From Macrostomum lignano (taxonomy: Eukaryota): a stretch of DNA of 64,000 nucleotides. Within the stretch, counting starts at the first letter, position 1; every line of letters begins with the position of its first letter. A model generated the notes under the pieces. The model was not told where the DNA came from. It searched no databases and worked only from the letters and a program-made list of their open reading frames with translations. A program made the position numbers and the translations under genes. The stretch lies in assembly GCA_002269645.1 (NCBI GenBank), contig NIVC01000495.1, positions 83,083 through 147,082 on the forward strand, given 5' to 3'. Shown here piece after piece: positions 1-12,965 of the stretch.

Positions 1-555
1 CCCCACTCTTATCTATCTAACCGCTCTCTACAAACACTCCCATCTATCTACCCGCTCTCTAGCACCACTCTCATCTATCTACCGCTCTCTAGCACCACTC
101 TCATCTATCTACCGCTCTCTAGCACCACTCTCATCTATCTACCGCTCTCTAGCACCACTCTCATCTATCTACCGCTCTCTAGCACCACTCTCATCTACCC
201 GCTCTCTACCGCCACTCTCATCTACCTCTCTACCTCTCTAACATCACGCTCTCTACCACCACTCTCATTTATCTACCCGCTCTCTACCGCCACTCTCATC
301 TACCCGCTCTCTACCATCACTATCATCTATCTACCCGCTCTCTACCGCCTCTCCTACCAATCTACCCGCTCTCTACCGCCTCTCCTACCAATCTACCAGC
401 TCTCTACCGCCTCTCCTACCAATCTACCCGCTCTCTACCGCCTCTCCTACCAATCTACCAGCTCTCTACCGCCTCTCCTACCAATCTACCCGCTCTCTAC
501 CGCCTCTCCTACCAATCTACCCGCTCTCTACCGCCTCTCCTACCAATCTACCAGC
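1..555. repeat. C-rich minisatellite (~30-31 bp units), intronic to the GPCR
   Basis: AGCACCACTCTCATCTATCTACCGCTCTCT repeats at 30-bp spacing (61-190), then drifts to CTACCCGCTCTCTACCGCCTCTCCTACCAAT units; truncated by the window edge. Confidence 0.9.
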
Positions 556-606
556 TCTCTACGGACACTCACCGCTGGCACCGCCCCTCCCGCCCCCCAA
601 TTCCAG

Positions 607-720
607 CCGAGCTCAGCCCGAACCAGTCCAGCCCGCGGATTTGTCCCGCCTTCTTTGACGGCATCCGCTGCTGGCGGGCCGCCGCCAACGGCTCCACTGT
701 CCGGCTGCCCTGCTACGAAG
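607..720 (+). CDS. pdfr: Class B1 (secretin-family) GPCR, PDF-receptor-like: exon a, hormone-binding domain (gene 5'-incomplete; 10 exons in window)
   Basis: ttccag|...|gtgagg; ELSPNQSSPRICPAFFDGIRCWRAAANGSTVRLPCYE matches the CPxxFDGxxCW...PC motif of the class B ECD. Exons 607-720, 2120-2283, 3609-3712, 5189-5336, 13769-13925, 14631-14700, 14797-14866, 14956-15041, 15188-15365, 15608-15838 join in phase without stops. The 5' boundary of this exon is less certain. Confidence 0.85.
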
Positions 721-1614
721 GTGAGGACTGCATGGCGTGCGGCGCGGGGATCTTGGGTCTGTGCTAGACTGGTACATGCACACAGATGATAGAGTTACTC
801 CGCTCGGCATGACCGCTTAACTCCCCCTCACAAGGGCGACCTTGGGGGTTATCGCAACTCTATGTATTCATTTGTGTACTAACCACTCTGAATCTGCTTA
901 ACTTGCATTCTGTAATGATGGCTACCCTACAATGAGAGGAGATAAGGTAAACAAAAGGTAATTAATAAACAAAGAAATTAAGAAAAACTATCAGGTGTCT
1001 TTGCCTAATTATTTACTCAAACTCATTCCCTGGGAGCGAATTTTTATCCACCATATTTTATTGAGCTCTCGTTTTTATCGAATTATTCTAAGTTCATTAT
1101 TAACGCGACTCACGACTCACCTTTGACATCACCACGCCTTTGACATCACCACGCATCAAAGCATCTCACCGAAGACTCTGTTCTAAGAACCGTCGCATAA
1201 ATTAATAAAACTCTTTCTCAGTAAAGACAACAAGCGTCATTTTCAGGCATTACAAAATTTAATAAGCATCTGAACACGCTTTCCCGCTCACGTGCCTCTC
1301 TCCAAACATGAGAAGATGTTTTTGTTGTTGGAAGTCCCAAATTTCCAGTTTCGAACCACGCGCAAAAGTGCAAAATCGGCAAAAATCCTCATGCAAAGCG
1401 TCGAATTCGCTATCTGGCACAATAAATGAGACACTGGCCCGCTCTCAGCTCGGGGGGGGGGGATTCACTCGATCCGCAAGTCCGACTTCCCCCGCTGCCG
1501 CCGGATTTTAACTGGAAATTTATAGCTGTATTTTGATTTCTAGATTTTGCTTTTTCTATCTAGAATTCGACTATAACAAGGGAGGGGCGCAGCAGTCCAA
1601 GTGAATGCCAAAGT

Positions 1615-2075
1615 AATTTACCTGCCGTTTGCTAATCATTTACCTGCCGTTTGCCAGTCATTTACCTGCCGTTTGCTAGTCATTTACCTGCCGTTTGCCA
1701 GTAATTTACCTGCCGTTTGCCAGTAATTTACCTGCCGTTTGCTAGTCATTTACCTGCCGTTTGCCAGTAATTTACCTGCCGTTTGCCAGTAATTTACCTG
1801 CCGTTTGCCAGTCATTTACCTGCCGTTTGCCAGTCATTTACCTGCCGTTTGCCAGTAATTTACCTGCCGTTTGCCAGTCATTTACCTGCCGTTTGCTAGT
1901 CATTTACCTGCCGTTTGCTAGTCATTTACCTGCCGTTTGCTAGTCATTTACCTGCCGTTTGCCAGTCATTTACCAGGCATTTGCCAGTAATGTACCAGCC
2001 ATTTACCAGACATTAACCAGCCATTTACCAGACATTAGCCAGTCATTTACCAGCGATTTGCCAGTCATTTACCAT
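1615..2075. repeat. 22-bp intronic minisatellite
   Basis: ATTTACCTGCCGTTTGCCAGTC/TA repeated ~16 times, degenerate towards 2075. Confidence 0.92.
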
Positions 2076-2119
2076 TCATTTATTTGTTAATCCGCCCATC
2101 CCGACGGACTCATCCACAG

Positions 2120-2283
2120 GCGCCGACACATTCGCCTTTCGGGTCTGCCACAGTTCGGGGCGCTGGCTGGGCCCGGACGGGCGGCCGGCGGCCAGCGCCG
2201 AGAACTCTTACTCCAACTACTCGGCCTGCATCACGCAGTTCTCGGCGGCCTTCGTCAAGAATAAATCCGTCAGGGAGATCTTT
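2120..2283 (+). CDS. pdfr: PDF-receptor-like GPCR exon b (ECD C-terminal half)
   Basis: ccacag|...|gtgagg; GADTFAFRVCHSSGRWLGPDG...YSNYSACITQF (AxRxC..G.W..NYSxC motif). Confidence 0.9.
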
Positions 2284-2335
2284 GTGAGGCCGATAAGCTG
2301 CGCCGCTGACTTGGAATAGAAGCATTGGTTCTTGT

Positions 2336-3543
2336 GTGACTGACAGCTGTAGCTTTGATGTGATTGACAGCTGTAGCTCTGGTGTGATTGACAGCTGTAG
2401 CTTTGAAGTGATTGACAGCTGTAGCTTTGATGTGATTGACAGCTGTAGCTTTGATGTGATTGACAGCTGTAGCTTTGATGTGATTGACAGCTGTAGCTTT
2501 GGTGTGATTGACAGCTGTAGCTTTGGTGTGATTGACAGCTATAGCTTTGATATGATTGACAACTGTAGCTTTGAAGTGATTGACAGCTGTAGCTTTGATG
2601 TGATTGACAGCTGTAGCTCTGGTGTGATTGACAGCTGTAGCTTTGATGTGATTGACAGCTATAGCTTTGGTGTGATTGACAGCTGTAGCTTTGATGTGAT
2701 TGACAGCTGTAGCTCTGAAGTGATTGACAGCTGTAGCTTTGGTGTGATTGACAGCTGTAGCTTTGATGTGATTGACAGCTGTAGCTTTGATGTGATTGAC
2801 AGCTGTAGCTTTGATGTGATTGACAGCTGTAGCTTTGAAGTGATTGACAGCTGTAGCTCTGGTGTGATTGACAGCTGTAGCTTTGATGTGATTGACAGCT
2901 GTAGCATTGTGTGATTGACAGCTGTAGCTCTGAAGTGATTGACAGCTGTAGCTTTGGTGTGATTGACAGCTGTAGCTTTGAAGTGATTGACAGCTGTAGC
3001 TTTGTGTGATTGACAGCTGTAGCTTTGATGTGATTGACAGCTGTAGCTTTGAAGTGATTGACAGCTGTAGCTCTGGTGTGATTGACAGCTGTAGCTTTGA
3101 TGTGATTGACAGCTGTAGCATTGTGTGATTGACAGCTGTAGCTTTGAAGTGATTGACAGCTGTAGCTCTGGTGTGATTGACAGCTGTAGCTCTGGTGTGA
3201 TTGACAGCTGTAGCTTTGATGTGATTGACAGCTGTAGCTTTGGTGTGATTGACAGCTATAGCTTTGGTGTGATTGACAGCTGTAGCTTTGGTGTGATTGA
3301 CAGCTGTAGCATTGTGTGATTGACAGCTGTAGCTCTGAAGTGATTGACAGCTGTAGCTTTGGTGTGATTGACAGCTATAGCTTTGGTGTGATTGACAGCT
3401 GTAGCTTTGGTGTGATTGACAGCTGTAGCTTTGTGTGATTGACAGCTGTAGCTTTGATGTGATTGACAGCTGTAGCTTTGATGTGATTGACAGCTGTAGC
3501 TTTGATGTGATTGACAGCTGTAGCTTTGATGTGATTGACAGCT
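2336..3543. repeat. 24-bp intronic minisatellite
   Basis: GTGATTGACAGCTGTAGCTTTGAT, ~50 copies with 23-bp variants; source of the spurious VIDSCSFD and KATAVNHI ORFs. Confidence 0.95.
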
Positions 3544-3608
3544 CTACGCATAGGTTTTGATAAAAGTAAAATAGGAAAGATAAACCGTCTCGCGGTCCGC
3601 CTCCGCAG

Positions 3609-3712
3609 TTGATTGACATGGCCGTTCGAGTCAACGAAGTCGTGGAAATTGTCGGCGATATTCTCTCCTGCGTGTTTCTCGCCAGCGCAATTCTCATCTT
3701 CTTCCGCTGCAG
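3609..3712 (+). CDS. pdfr: PDF-receptor-like GPCR exon c (TM1)
   Basis: ccgcag|LIDMAVRVNEVVEIVGDILSCVFLASAILIFFRC|gtgagc; hydrophobic TM1, phases 0/2 fit neighbours. Confidence 0.9.
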
Positions 3713-3975
3713 GTGAGCTAATTAACTCGAGGAATTAATCACGGTAATTATCGGGGTGAAAGTTCGTGTCAATCATTGCGAATGGGTCGGAGCAATCATC
3801 AGAAATTGAGCAATCAGTATTCCACTTCCATCTCTGCCTCTCGTTTGCAATTTGTCCTTTGGTTGTCATGTCGTGTCGTGTCGCTATCCACCTGACTGCG
3901 TACTTGTCGAACTTGCAGTCCATCAGTGGGTAGGCAATGAATGGCTGAACCAGGCAGTGCGAGCTCTCAGGGTTT

Positions 3976-5112
3976 ATGGACAGGCTGTGTACTCTGGGTA
4001 AGAAGCCAGGTATGTACATCAGGGAAGGAGTCTTAGAAAGGCTGTGTACTCTGCTTAATAAGCCAGGTATGTACATCAGGGAAGGAGTCTTAGAAAGGCT
4101 GTGTACTCTGGGTAATAAGCCGGGTATGTACATCAGGGAAGGAGTCTTAGGAAGGCTGTGTACGCTGAGGAAGAAGCCGGGTATGTACATCAGGGAAGGA
4201 GTCTTAGGAAGGCTGTGTACTCTGCGTAATAAGCCAGGTATGTACATCAGAGAAGGAGTCTTAGGAAGGCTGTGTACTCTGAGGAAGAAGCCGGGTATGT
4301 ACATCAGGGAAGGAGTCTTAGGAAGGCTGTGTACTCTGAGGAAGAAGCCGGGTATGTACATCAGGGAAGGAGTCTTAGGAAGGCTGTGTACTCTGAGGAA
4401 GAAGCCGGGTATGTACATCAGGGAAGGAGTCTTAGGAGGGCTGTGTACTCTGAGGAAGAAGCCGGGTATGTACATCAGGGAAGGAGTCTTAGGAAGGCTG
4501 TGTACTCTGAGGAAGAAGCCGGGTATGTACATCAGGGAAGGAGTCTTAGGAGGGCTGTGTACTCTGAGGAAGAAGCCGGGTATGTACATCAGAGAAGGAG
4601 TCTTAGGAAGGCTGTGTACTCTGAGGAAGAAGCCGGGTATGTACATCAGGGAAGGAGTCTTAGGAAGGCTGTGTACTCTGAGGAAGAAGCCGGGTATGTA
4701 CATCAGGGAAGGAGTCTTAGGAAGGCTGTGTACTCTGAGGAAGAAGCCGGGTATGTACATCAGGGAAGGAGTCTTAGGAAGGCTGTGTACGCTGAGGAAG
4801 AAGCCGGGTATGTACATCAGGGAAGGAGTCTTAGGAAGGCTGTGTACTCTGAGGAAGAAGCCGGGTATGTACATCAGGGAAGGAGTCTTAGGAAGGCTGT
4901 GTACTCTGAGGAAGAAGCCGGGTATGTACATCAGGGAAGGAGTCTTAGGAAGGCTGTGTACTCTGAGGAAGAAGCCGGGTATGTACATCAGGGAAGGAGT
5001 CTTAGGAAGGCTGTGTACTCTGAGGAAGAAGCCGGGTATGTACATCAGGGAAGGAGTCTTAGGAAGGCTGTGTACATGTACGTTGGAGAAGCCGAGAATG
5101 TACACCAGGGAA
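3976..5112. repeat. 57-bp intronic minisatellite
   Basis: GGAAGGCTGTGTACTCTGAGGAAGAAGCCGGGTATGTACATCAGGGAAGGAGTCTTA, ~19 near-identical copies; open in three frames only because 57 is a multiple of 3. Confidence 0.95.
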
Positions 5113-5188
5113 GGAATCTATCCTTAATAAATGTTTCATGCCATATCAGAATCGGTGCAGGGAACTATTAAACTACCTTTGATTGCAG

Positions 5189-5336
5189 CTGCCTCCGGAA
5201 CCAGCGCACCAAGATTCACCGCAACCTATTTCTGGCAATGCTGGCTCAGACGCTGCTGCACTTGCTCCTGGCGAGTAGGGAGATCGTGCTGAGCAGGGCC
5301 ACTGGCAGCCCGGCTGCTAGCGGCTTGAAGGCTCTG
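5189..5336 (+). CDS. pdfr: PDF-receptor-like GPCR exon d (ICL1/TM2)
   Basis: ttgcag|SCLRNQRTKIHRNLFLAMLAQTLL...KAL|gtgaga. LRNxRTKIHxNLFxAM resembles the PDF-receptor version of the class B IHxNLF motif. Confidence 0.92.
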
Positions 5337-5959
5337 GTGAGAAGACTGTTCAACTGAACCGAAGTAGCATTCAGTAGTTGTTCAATGAAGAGTTCATTTG
5401 TTAGAAAGAGAATTTTTTACGTTCTAGTAAGCTTAGAATTGTAATTGTAATATATTAGTAGCATAAGACATTCAAGTTTCAAGGAGTTTCAAGACACGAA
5501 ATTCTGCCAGAAGGTCGGATTTCTTTTCCATAAGCGCCAGTGTATTCAGTACAATCCTGTGCGCCAATCAGCACTGCGCCTCAGTGCAGCCTTGCCAAGC
5601 CTCCAAATTTCATCAGCACGTCGATCACATGTGTCTGCATCAGCTATGACTTCGTTGGTAACTGGCCTTCACTCAGGCGGAGCTTCTGGACCTTCAACAG
5701 GTGGCACCAGGTGACTATGGAAACCCTTTCCCCTTGGTAATTCGACGGGCAGAAAAAAGTAGTAAACTAATTAGTACGGAAAAGAGCAGAGCGATACACT
5801 GCCACGTGCTACTGCCACACTGCCAAATTCAGGGAATATGGGTAGTTAGTTTATTGATGCATTCAAACATAAACAAGTCAAACATTTTTTTACATTTTTG
5901 TCCTTCTTTGCTGAGTTAAAACTGTTTTAAAGAACACATTGGATGAGCCGTTCTGAGCC

Positions 5960-8900
5960 ATTCTAAGCCACTCAAGCCTCTCCAAGCCTCTCCAAGCCTC
6001 TCTAAGCCTCTCTAAGCCACTCCAAGCCTCTCTAAGCCTCTCTAAGCCACTCAAGCCTCTCCAAGCCTCTCTAAGCCACTCCAAGCCTCTCTAAGCCTCT
6101 TTAAGCCACTCAAGCCTCTCCAAGCCTCTCTAAGCCACTCTTAGCCTCTCTAAGCCACTCAAGCCTCTCTAAGCCTCTCCAAGCCTCTCTAAGCCTCTCT
6201 AAGCCACTCAAGCCTCTCTAAGCCACTCCAAGCCTCTCTAAGCCACTCAAGCCTCTCCAAGCCTCTCCAAGCCTCTCTAAGCCTCTCTAAGCCACTCCAA
6301 GCCTCTCTAAGCCTCTCTAAGCCTCTCTAAGCCACTCCAAGCCTCTCTAAGCCTCTCTAAGCCACTCCAAGCCTCTCTAAGCCTCTCTAAGCCACTCAAG
6401 CCTCTCCAAGCCTCTCTAAGCCACTCCAAGCCTCTCTAAGCCTCTCTAAGCCTCTCTAAGCCACTCCAAGCCTCTCTAAGCCTCTCTAAGCCTCTCTAAG
6501 CCACTCCAAGCCTCTCTAAGCCTCTCTAAGCCTCTCTAAGCCACTCCAAGCCTCTCTAAGCCTCTCTAAGCCACTCAAGCCTCTCTAAGCCTCTCTAAGC
6601 CACTCAAGCCTCTCCAAGCCTCTCTAAGCCACTCCAAGCCTCTCTAAGCCTCTTTAAGCCACTCAAGCCTCTCCAAGCCTCTCTAAGCCACTCTTAGCCT
6701 CTCTAAGCCACTCAAGCCTCTCTAAGCCTCTCCAAGCCTCTCTAAGCCTCTCTAAGCCACTCAAGCCTCTCTAAGCCACTCTAAGCCTCTTTAAGCCACT
6801 CAAGCCTCTCCAAGCCTCTCCAAGCCTCTCTAAGCCTCTCTAAGCCACTCCAAGCCTCTCTAAGCCTCTCTAAGCCTCTCTAAGCCACTCCAAGCCTCTC
6901 TAAGCCTCTCTAAGCCACTCCAAGCCTCTCTAAGCCTCTCTAAGCCACTCAAGCCTCTCCAAGCCTCTCTAAGCCACTCCAAGCCTCTCTAAGCCTCTCT
7001 AAGCCTCTCTAAGCCACTCCAAGCCTCTCTAAGCCTCTCTAAGCCTCTCTAAGCCACTCCAAGCCTCTCTAAGCCTCTCTAAGCCTCTCTAAGCCACTCC
7101 AAGCCTCTCTAAGCCTCTCTAAGCCACTCAAGCCTCTCCAAGCCTCTCTAAGCCACTCCAAGCCTCTCTAAGCCTCTCTAAGCCTCTCTAAGCCTCTCTA
7201 AGCCTCTCTAAGCCACTCCAAGCCTCTCTAAGCCTCTCTAAGCCTCTCTAAGCCACTCCAAGCCTCTCTAAGCCTCTCTAAGCCTCTCTAAGCCACTCCA
7301 AGCCTCTCTAAGCCTCTCTAAGCCTCTCTAAGCCACTCCAAGCCTCTCTAAGCCTCTCTAAGCCACTCAAGCCTCTCCAAGCCTCTCTAAGCCACTCCAA
7401 GCCTCTCTAAGCCTCTTTAAGCCACTCAAGCCTCTCCAAGCCTCTCTAAGCCTCTCTTAGCCTCTCTAAGCCACTCAAGCCTCTCTAAGCCTCTCCAAGC
7501 CTCTCTAAGCCTCTCTAAGCCACTCAAGCCTCTCTAAGCCACTCCAAGCCTCTCTAAGCCACTCAAGCCTCTCCAAGCCTCTCCAAGCCTCTCTAAGCCT
7601 CTCTAAGCCACTCCAAGCCTCTCTAAGCCTCTCTAAGCCTCTCTAAGCCTCTCTAAGCCTCTCTAAGCCTCTCTAAGCCACTCCAAGCCTCTCTAAGCCT
7701 CTCTAAGCCACTCAAGCCTCTCCAAGCCTCTCTAAGCCACTCCAAGCCTCTCTAAGCCTCTCTAAGCCTCTCTAAGCCACTCCAAGCCTCTCTAAGCCTC
7801 TCTAAGCCTCTCTAAGCCACTCCAAGCCTCTCTAAGCCTCTCTAAGCCTCTCTAAGCCACTCCAAGCCTCTCTAAGCCTCTCTAAGCCACTCAAGCCTCT
7901 CCAAGCCTCTCTAAGCCACTCCAAGCCTCTCTAAGCCTCTCTAAGCCTCTCTAAGCCTCTCTAAGCCACTCCAAGCCTCTCTAAGCCTCTCTAAGCCACT
8001 CAAGCCTCTCCAAGCCTCTCTAAGCCACTCCAAGCCTCTCTAAGCCACTCTAAGCCTCTCCAAGCCTCTCCAAGCCTCTCTAAGCCTCTCTAAGCCACTC
8101 AAGCCTCTCCAAGCCTCTCTAAGCCCTCCAAGCCTCTCTAAGCCACTCTAAGCCTCTCTAAGCCTCTCCAAGCCTCTCAAGCCTCTCTAAGCCTCTCTAA
8201 GCCACTCCAAGCCTCTCTAAGCCTCTCTAAGCCACTCAAGCCTCTCCAAGCCTCTCTAAGCCACTCAAGCCTCTCCAAGCCTCTCTAAGCCACTCTTAGC
8301 CTCTCTAAGCCACTCAAGCCTCTCTAAGCCTCTCCAAGCCTCTCTAAGCCTCTCTAAGCCACTCAAGCCTCTCAAGCCACTCCAAGCCTCTCTAAGCCAC
8401 TCAAGCCTCTCCAAGCCTCTCCAAGCCTCTCTAAGCCTCTCTAAGCCACTCCAAGCCTCTCTAAGCCTCTCTAAGCCTCTCTAAGCCACTCCAAGCCTCT
8501 CTAAGCCACTCAAGCCTCTCTAAGCCTCTCTAAGCCACTCCAAGCCTCTCTAAGCCTCTCTAAGCCTCTCTAAGCCACTCCAAGCCTCTCTAAGCCTCTC
8601 TAAGCCTCTCTAAGCCTCTCTAAGCCTCTCTAAGCCACTCCAAGCCTCTCTAAGCCTCTCTAAGCCTCTCTAAGCCACTCCAAGCCTCTCTAAGCCTCTC
8701 TAAGCCTCTCTAAGCCACTCCAAGCCTCTCTAAGCCTCTCTAAGCCTCTCTAAGCCACTCCAAGCCTCTCTAAGCCTCTCTAAGCCTCTCAAGCCTCTCC
8801 AAGCCTCTCTAAGCCACTCCAAGCCTCTCCAAGCCTCTCTAAGCCTCTCTAAGCCACTCAAGCCTCTCCAAGCCTCTCTAAGCCTCTCTAAGCCTCTCTA

Positions 8901-11900
8901 AGCCACTCCAAGCCTCTCTAAGCCTCTCTAAGCCTCTCTAAGCCACTCCAAGCCTCTCTAAGCCTCTCTAAGCCTCTCTAAGCCACTCCAAGCCTCTCTA
9001 AGCCTCTCTAAGCCTCTCTAAGCCACTCCAAGCCTCTCTAAGCCTCTCTAAGCCTCTCTAAGCCACTCCAAGCCTCTCTAAGCCTCTCTAAGCCACTCAA
9101 GCCTCTCCAAGCCTCTCTAAGCTACTCTAAGCTACTCTAAGCTACTCTAAGCTACTCTAAGCTACTCTAAGCTACTCTAAGCTACTCTAAGCTACTCTAA
9201 GCTACTCTAAGCTACTCTAAGCTACTCTAAGCCTACTCTAAGCTACTCTAAGCCTCTCTAAGCCTCTCTAAGCACTCCTAAGCCTCTCTAAGCCTCTCTA
9301 AGCCTCTCTAAGCCACTCCAAGCCTCTCTAAGCCTCTCTAAGCCACTCCAAGCCTCTCTAAGCCTCTCTAAGCCACTCTCAAGCCTCTCTAAGCCTCTCT
9401 AAGCCACTCCAAGCCTCTCTAAGCCTCTCTAAGCCACTCAAGCCTCTCTAAGCCTCTCTAAGCCACTCCAAGCCTCTCTAAGCCTCTCTAAGCCACTCCA
9501 AGCCTCTCTAAGCCTCTCTAAGCCTCTCTAAGCCACTCCAAGCCTCTCTAAGCCTCTCTAAGCCTCTCTAAGCCACTCCAAGCCTCTCTAAGCCTCTCTA
9601 AGCCTCTCTAAGCCACTCCAAGCCTCTCTAAGCCTCTCTAAGCCTCTCTAAGCCTCTCTAAGCCTCTCTAAGCCTCTCTAAGCCTCTCTAAGCCTCCAAG
9701 CCTCTCTAAGCCTCTCTAAGCCTCTCTAAGCCACTCCAAGCCTCTCTAAGCCTCTCTAAGCCTCTCTAAGCCACTCCAAGCCTCTCTAAGCCTCTCTAAG
9801 CCTCTCTAAGCCACTCCAAGCCTCTCTAAGCCTCTCTAAGCCTCTCTAAGCCACTCCAAGCCTCTCTAAGCCTCTCTAAGCCTCTCTAAGCCTCTCTAAG
9901 CCTCTCTAAGCCTCTCCAAGCCTCTCTAAGCCTCTCTTAAGCCACTCAAGCCTCTCAAGCCTCTCTAAGCCTCTCAAGCCTCTCTAAGCCACTCAAGCCT
10001 CTCTAAGCCTCTCTAAGCCTCTCAAGCCTCTCTAAGCCACTCAAGCCTCTCAAGCCTCTCCAAGCCTCTCTAAGCCACTCAAGCCTCTCTAAGCCACTCC
10101 AAGCCTCTCTAAGCCTCTCAAGCCTCTCTAAGCCACTCAAGCCTCTCCAAGCCTCTCTAAGCCTCTCTAAGCCACTCAAGCCTCCAAGCCTCTCTAAGCC
10201 TCTCTAAGCCTCTCTAAGCCACTCCAAGCCTCTCTAAGCCTCTCTAAGCCTCTCTAAGCCACTCCAAGCCTCTCTAAGCCTCTCTAAGCCTCTCTAAGCC
10301 ACTCCAAGCCTCTCTAAGCCTCTCTAAGCCTCTCTAAGCCACTCCAAGCCTCTCTAAGCCTCTCTAAGCCACTCAAGCCTCTCTAAGCCTCTCTAAGCCA
10401 CTCTAAGCCTCTCTAAGCCTCTCTAAGCCTCTCTAAGCCTCTCTAAGCCACTCAAGCCTCTCTAAGCCTCTCTAAGCCACTCAAGCCTCTCAAGCCTCTC
10501 TAAGCCACTCCAAGCCTCTCTAAGCCACTCTAAGCCTCTCAAGCCTCTCCAAGCCTCTCTAAGCCTCTCTAAGCCTCTCTAAGCCTCTCCAAGCCTCTCT
10601 AAGCCCTCCAAGCCTCTCTAAGCCTCTCTAAGCCTCTCTAAGCCTCTCCAAGCCTCTCAAGCCTCTCTAAGCCTCTCTAAGCCACTCAAGCCTCCAAGCC
10701 TCTCTAAGCCACTCAAGCCTCTCCAAGCCTCTCTAAGCCACTCCAAGCCTCTCAAGCCTCTCTAAGCCTCTTAGCCTCTCTAAGCCACTCAAGCCTCTCT
10801 AAGCCTCTCTAAGCCACTCCAAGCCTCTCTAAGCCACTCAAGCCTCTCAAGCCTCTCCAAGCCTCTCTAAGCCTCTCTAAGCCTCTCCAAGCCTCTCCAA
10901 GCCTCTCTAAGCCTCTCTAAGCCACTCCAAGCCTCTCTAAGCACTCTCTAAGCCTCTCTAAGCCACTCCAAGCCTCTCTAAGTCTCTCTAAGCCTCTCTA
11001 AGCCACTCCAAGCCTCTCTAAGCCTCTCTAAGCCACTCAAGCCTCTCCAAGCCTCTCTAAGCCACTCCAAGCCTCTCTAAGCCTCTCTAAGCCTCTCTAA
11101 GCCACTCCAAGCCTCTCTAAGCCTCTCTAAGCCTCTCTAAGCCACTCCAAGCCTCTCTAAGCCTCTCTAAGCCTCTCTAAGCCACTCCAAGCCTCTCTAA
11201 GCCTCTCTAAGCCACTCAAGCCTCTCCAAGCCTCTCTAAGCCACTCCAAGCCTCTCCAAGCCTCTCTAAGCCTCTCTAAGCCACTCAAGCCTCTCCAAGC
11301 CTCTCTAAGCCACTCCAAGCCTCTCTAAGCCACTCCAAGCCTCTCTAAGCCTCTCTAAGCCTCTCTAAGCCACTCCAAGCCTCTCTGAGCCTCTCTAAGC
11401 CTCTCTAAGCCTCTCCAAGCCTCTCTAAGCCTCTCTAAACCTCTCTAAGCCACTCCAAGCCTCTCTAAGCCTCTCTAAGCCTCTCTAAGCCACTCCAAGC
11501 CTCTCTAAGCCTCTCTAAGCCACTCAAGCCTCTCCAAGCCTCTCTAAGCTACTCTAAGCTACTCTAAGCTACTCTAAGCTACTCTAAGCTACTCTAAGCT
11601 ACTCTAAGCTACTCTAAGCTACTCTAAGCTACTCTAAGCTACTCTAAGCTACTCTAAGCTACTCTAAGCTACTCTAAGCCTCTCTAAGCCTCTCTAAGCC
11701 ACTCCAAGCCTCTCTAAGCCTCTCTAAGCCTCTCTAAGCCACTCCAAGCCTCTCTAAGCCTCTCTAAGCCACTCAAGCCTCTCCAAGCCTCTCTAAGCCA
11801 CTCCAAGCCTCTCTAAGCCTCTCTAAGCCTCTCTAAGCCTCTCTAAGCCTCTCTAAGCCACTCCAAGCCTCTCTAAGCCTCTCTAAGCCTCTCTAAGCCA

Positions 11901-12965
11901 CTCCAAGCCTCTCTAAGCCTCTCTAAGCCTCTCTAAGCCACTCCAAGCCTCTCTAAGCCTCTCTAAGCCTCTCTAAGCCACTCCAAGCCTCTCTAAGCCT
12001 CTCTAAGCCTCTCTAAGCCACTCCAAGCCTCTCTAAGCCTCTCTAAGCCTCTCTAAGCCACTCCAAGCCTCTCTAAGCCTCTCTAAGCCTCTCTAAGCCA
12101 CTCAAGCCTCTCCAAGCCTCTCTAAGCTACTCTAAGCTACTCTAAGCTACTCTAAGCTACTCTAAGCTACTCTAAGCTACTCTAAGCTACTCTAAGCTAC
12201 TCTAAGCTACTCTAAGCTACTCTAAGCTACTCTAAGCTACTCTAAGCTACTCTAAGCCTCTCTAAGCCTCTCTAAGCCTCTCTAAGCCTCTCTAAGCCAC
12301 TCTAAGCCTCTCTAAGCCACTCCAAGCCTCTATAGGCCATTCTAAGCCTCTCTAAGCCACTCTAAGCCTCTCTAAGCCACTCTAAGCCTCTCTAAGCCAC
12401 TCTAAGCTATTCTAAGCTACTCTAAGCTACTCTAAGCTACTCTAAGCTACTCTAAGCTACTCTAAGCTACTCTAAGCTACTCTAAGCTACTCTAAGCTAC
12501 TCTAAGCTACTCTAAGCTACTCTAAGCTACTCTAAGCTACTCTAAGCTACTCTAAGCTACTCTAAGCTACTCTAAGCCTCTCTAAGCCTCTCTAAGCCTC
12601 TCTAAGCCTCTCTAAGCCACTCTAAGCCTCTCTAAGCCACTCCAAGCCTCTATAGGCCATTCTAAGCCTCTCTAAGCCACTCTAAGCCTCTCTAAGCCTC
12701 TCTAAGCCTCTCTAAGCCACTCTAAGCTACTCTAAGCTACTCTAAGCTACTCTAAGCTACTCTAAGCTACTCTAAGCTACTCTAAGCCTTTCTAAGCCTC
12801 TCTAAGACTCTCTAAGCCTTTCTAAGCCTCTCTAAGCCTTTCTAAGCCTCTCTAAGCCTCTCTAAGCCTCTCTAAGCCTCTCTAAGCCTCTCTAAGCCTC
12901 TCTAAGCCTTTCTAAGCCTCTCTAAGCTTCTCTAAGCCTTTCTAAGACTCTCTAAGACTCTCTAA
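5960..12965. repeat. ~7-kb 10-bp satellite array in the TM2-TM3 intron
   Basis: AAGCCTCTCT with variants AAGCCACTCC, AAGCCTCTCC, AAGCCACTC (9 bp) and AAGCTACTCT; ~700 units; degenerate at both edges. Confidence 0.97.

Noticed and set aside
2270-5171. Long ORFs of 190-475 aa (VIDSCSFD, KATAVNHI, LCTLRKKPGMYIREGVLGR repeats)
   Set aside because: They are translations of 24- and 57-bp minisatellites inside phase-consistent GPCR introns and are open on both strands and in several frames.
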